Position numbers and translations under genes: made by a program
The notes under the pieces: generated by a model
Databases searched by the model: none
What the model saw: only the letters and a program-made list of their open reading frames with translations
Told to the model about the DNA's origin: nothing
Shown: positions 63,827 through 64,000 of the stretch, piece by piece
Position numbering within the stretch: position 1 is the first letter of the stretch
Layout: each line of letters starts with the position of its first letter
Assembly: GCA_030390025.1 (NCBI GenBank)
Contig: CM059432.1
Location: 39,868,001 to 39,932,000 of the forward strand
Source: Squalus acanthias
Lineage: Eukaryota
DNA length: 64,000 nucleotides
Direction: 5' to 3'

Positions 63827-64000
63827 GTCAGCAAGCACAGGGGTGATGGATCTGTAGGACTTGTGCAGCGTAGGATATGGGCAGCAGACTTTTGGATGGG
63901 CTGAAGTTTATGGAGGTTGGAGATTGGAGGTCGGTCAGGAGAGCATTAGAATAGTCAAATCTAGAGGTGACAATGGTTGGATGAGAGTTTCAACAGCAGA

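Larger units (their letters stand above)
53765..64000 (-). mobile_element. L2 LINE 3' region split into 53765-53817, 62662-62987 and 63827-64000
   Basis: Tail TTGCATTTATATCACACCTTCAAC...GTCCCAAGGC resumes at 62662. Minus-strand peptides IRFKILILVFKS and LGPKLWHSLP; TCACCTCTAGATTTGACTATTCTAATGC on the minus strand near 63950. Confidence 0.7.

Overview
Vertebrate genomic DNA, most likely from a shark or other cartilaginous fish (inferred from the repeat families: CR1 LINEs, L2 LINEs, Deu-domain SINEs and Penelope-like elements). One host gene is supported: PLEKHF2 (Phafin-2, PH plus FYVE domains) on the minus strand. Its whole CDS is in one exon (12341..11595). A probable non-coding exon 1 and CpG-island promoter lie near 53.1-53.75 kb, implying an intron of about 41 kb, and a long AT-rich 3' UTR probably runs to about 5.85 kb. 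Most of the rest is transposable elements, often nested: CR1, L2, an invertebrate-type (Zenon-like) CR1, RTE, Ty3/Gypsy and DIRS relics, DeuSINEs, Tigger-, hAT- and Harbinger-type non-autonomous elements, and a full-length decayed 4.08 kb Harbinger transposon. The most notable signals are: (1) short Penelope-derived insertions carrying minimal hammerhead-ribozyme motifs with 13-15 bp target-site duplications (TSDs); (2) one such insertion that captured 53 bp of local DNA; (3) an RTE with a twin-priming-type 5' inversion; (4) a CR1 with a 59/66-bp tandem array at its 5' end, within a multi-level nest directly upstream of the PLEKHF2 promoter. Repeat boundaries are read by eye and are approximate unless a TSD or TIR is quoted. 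No database search was run.
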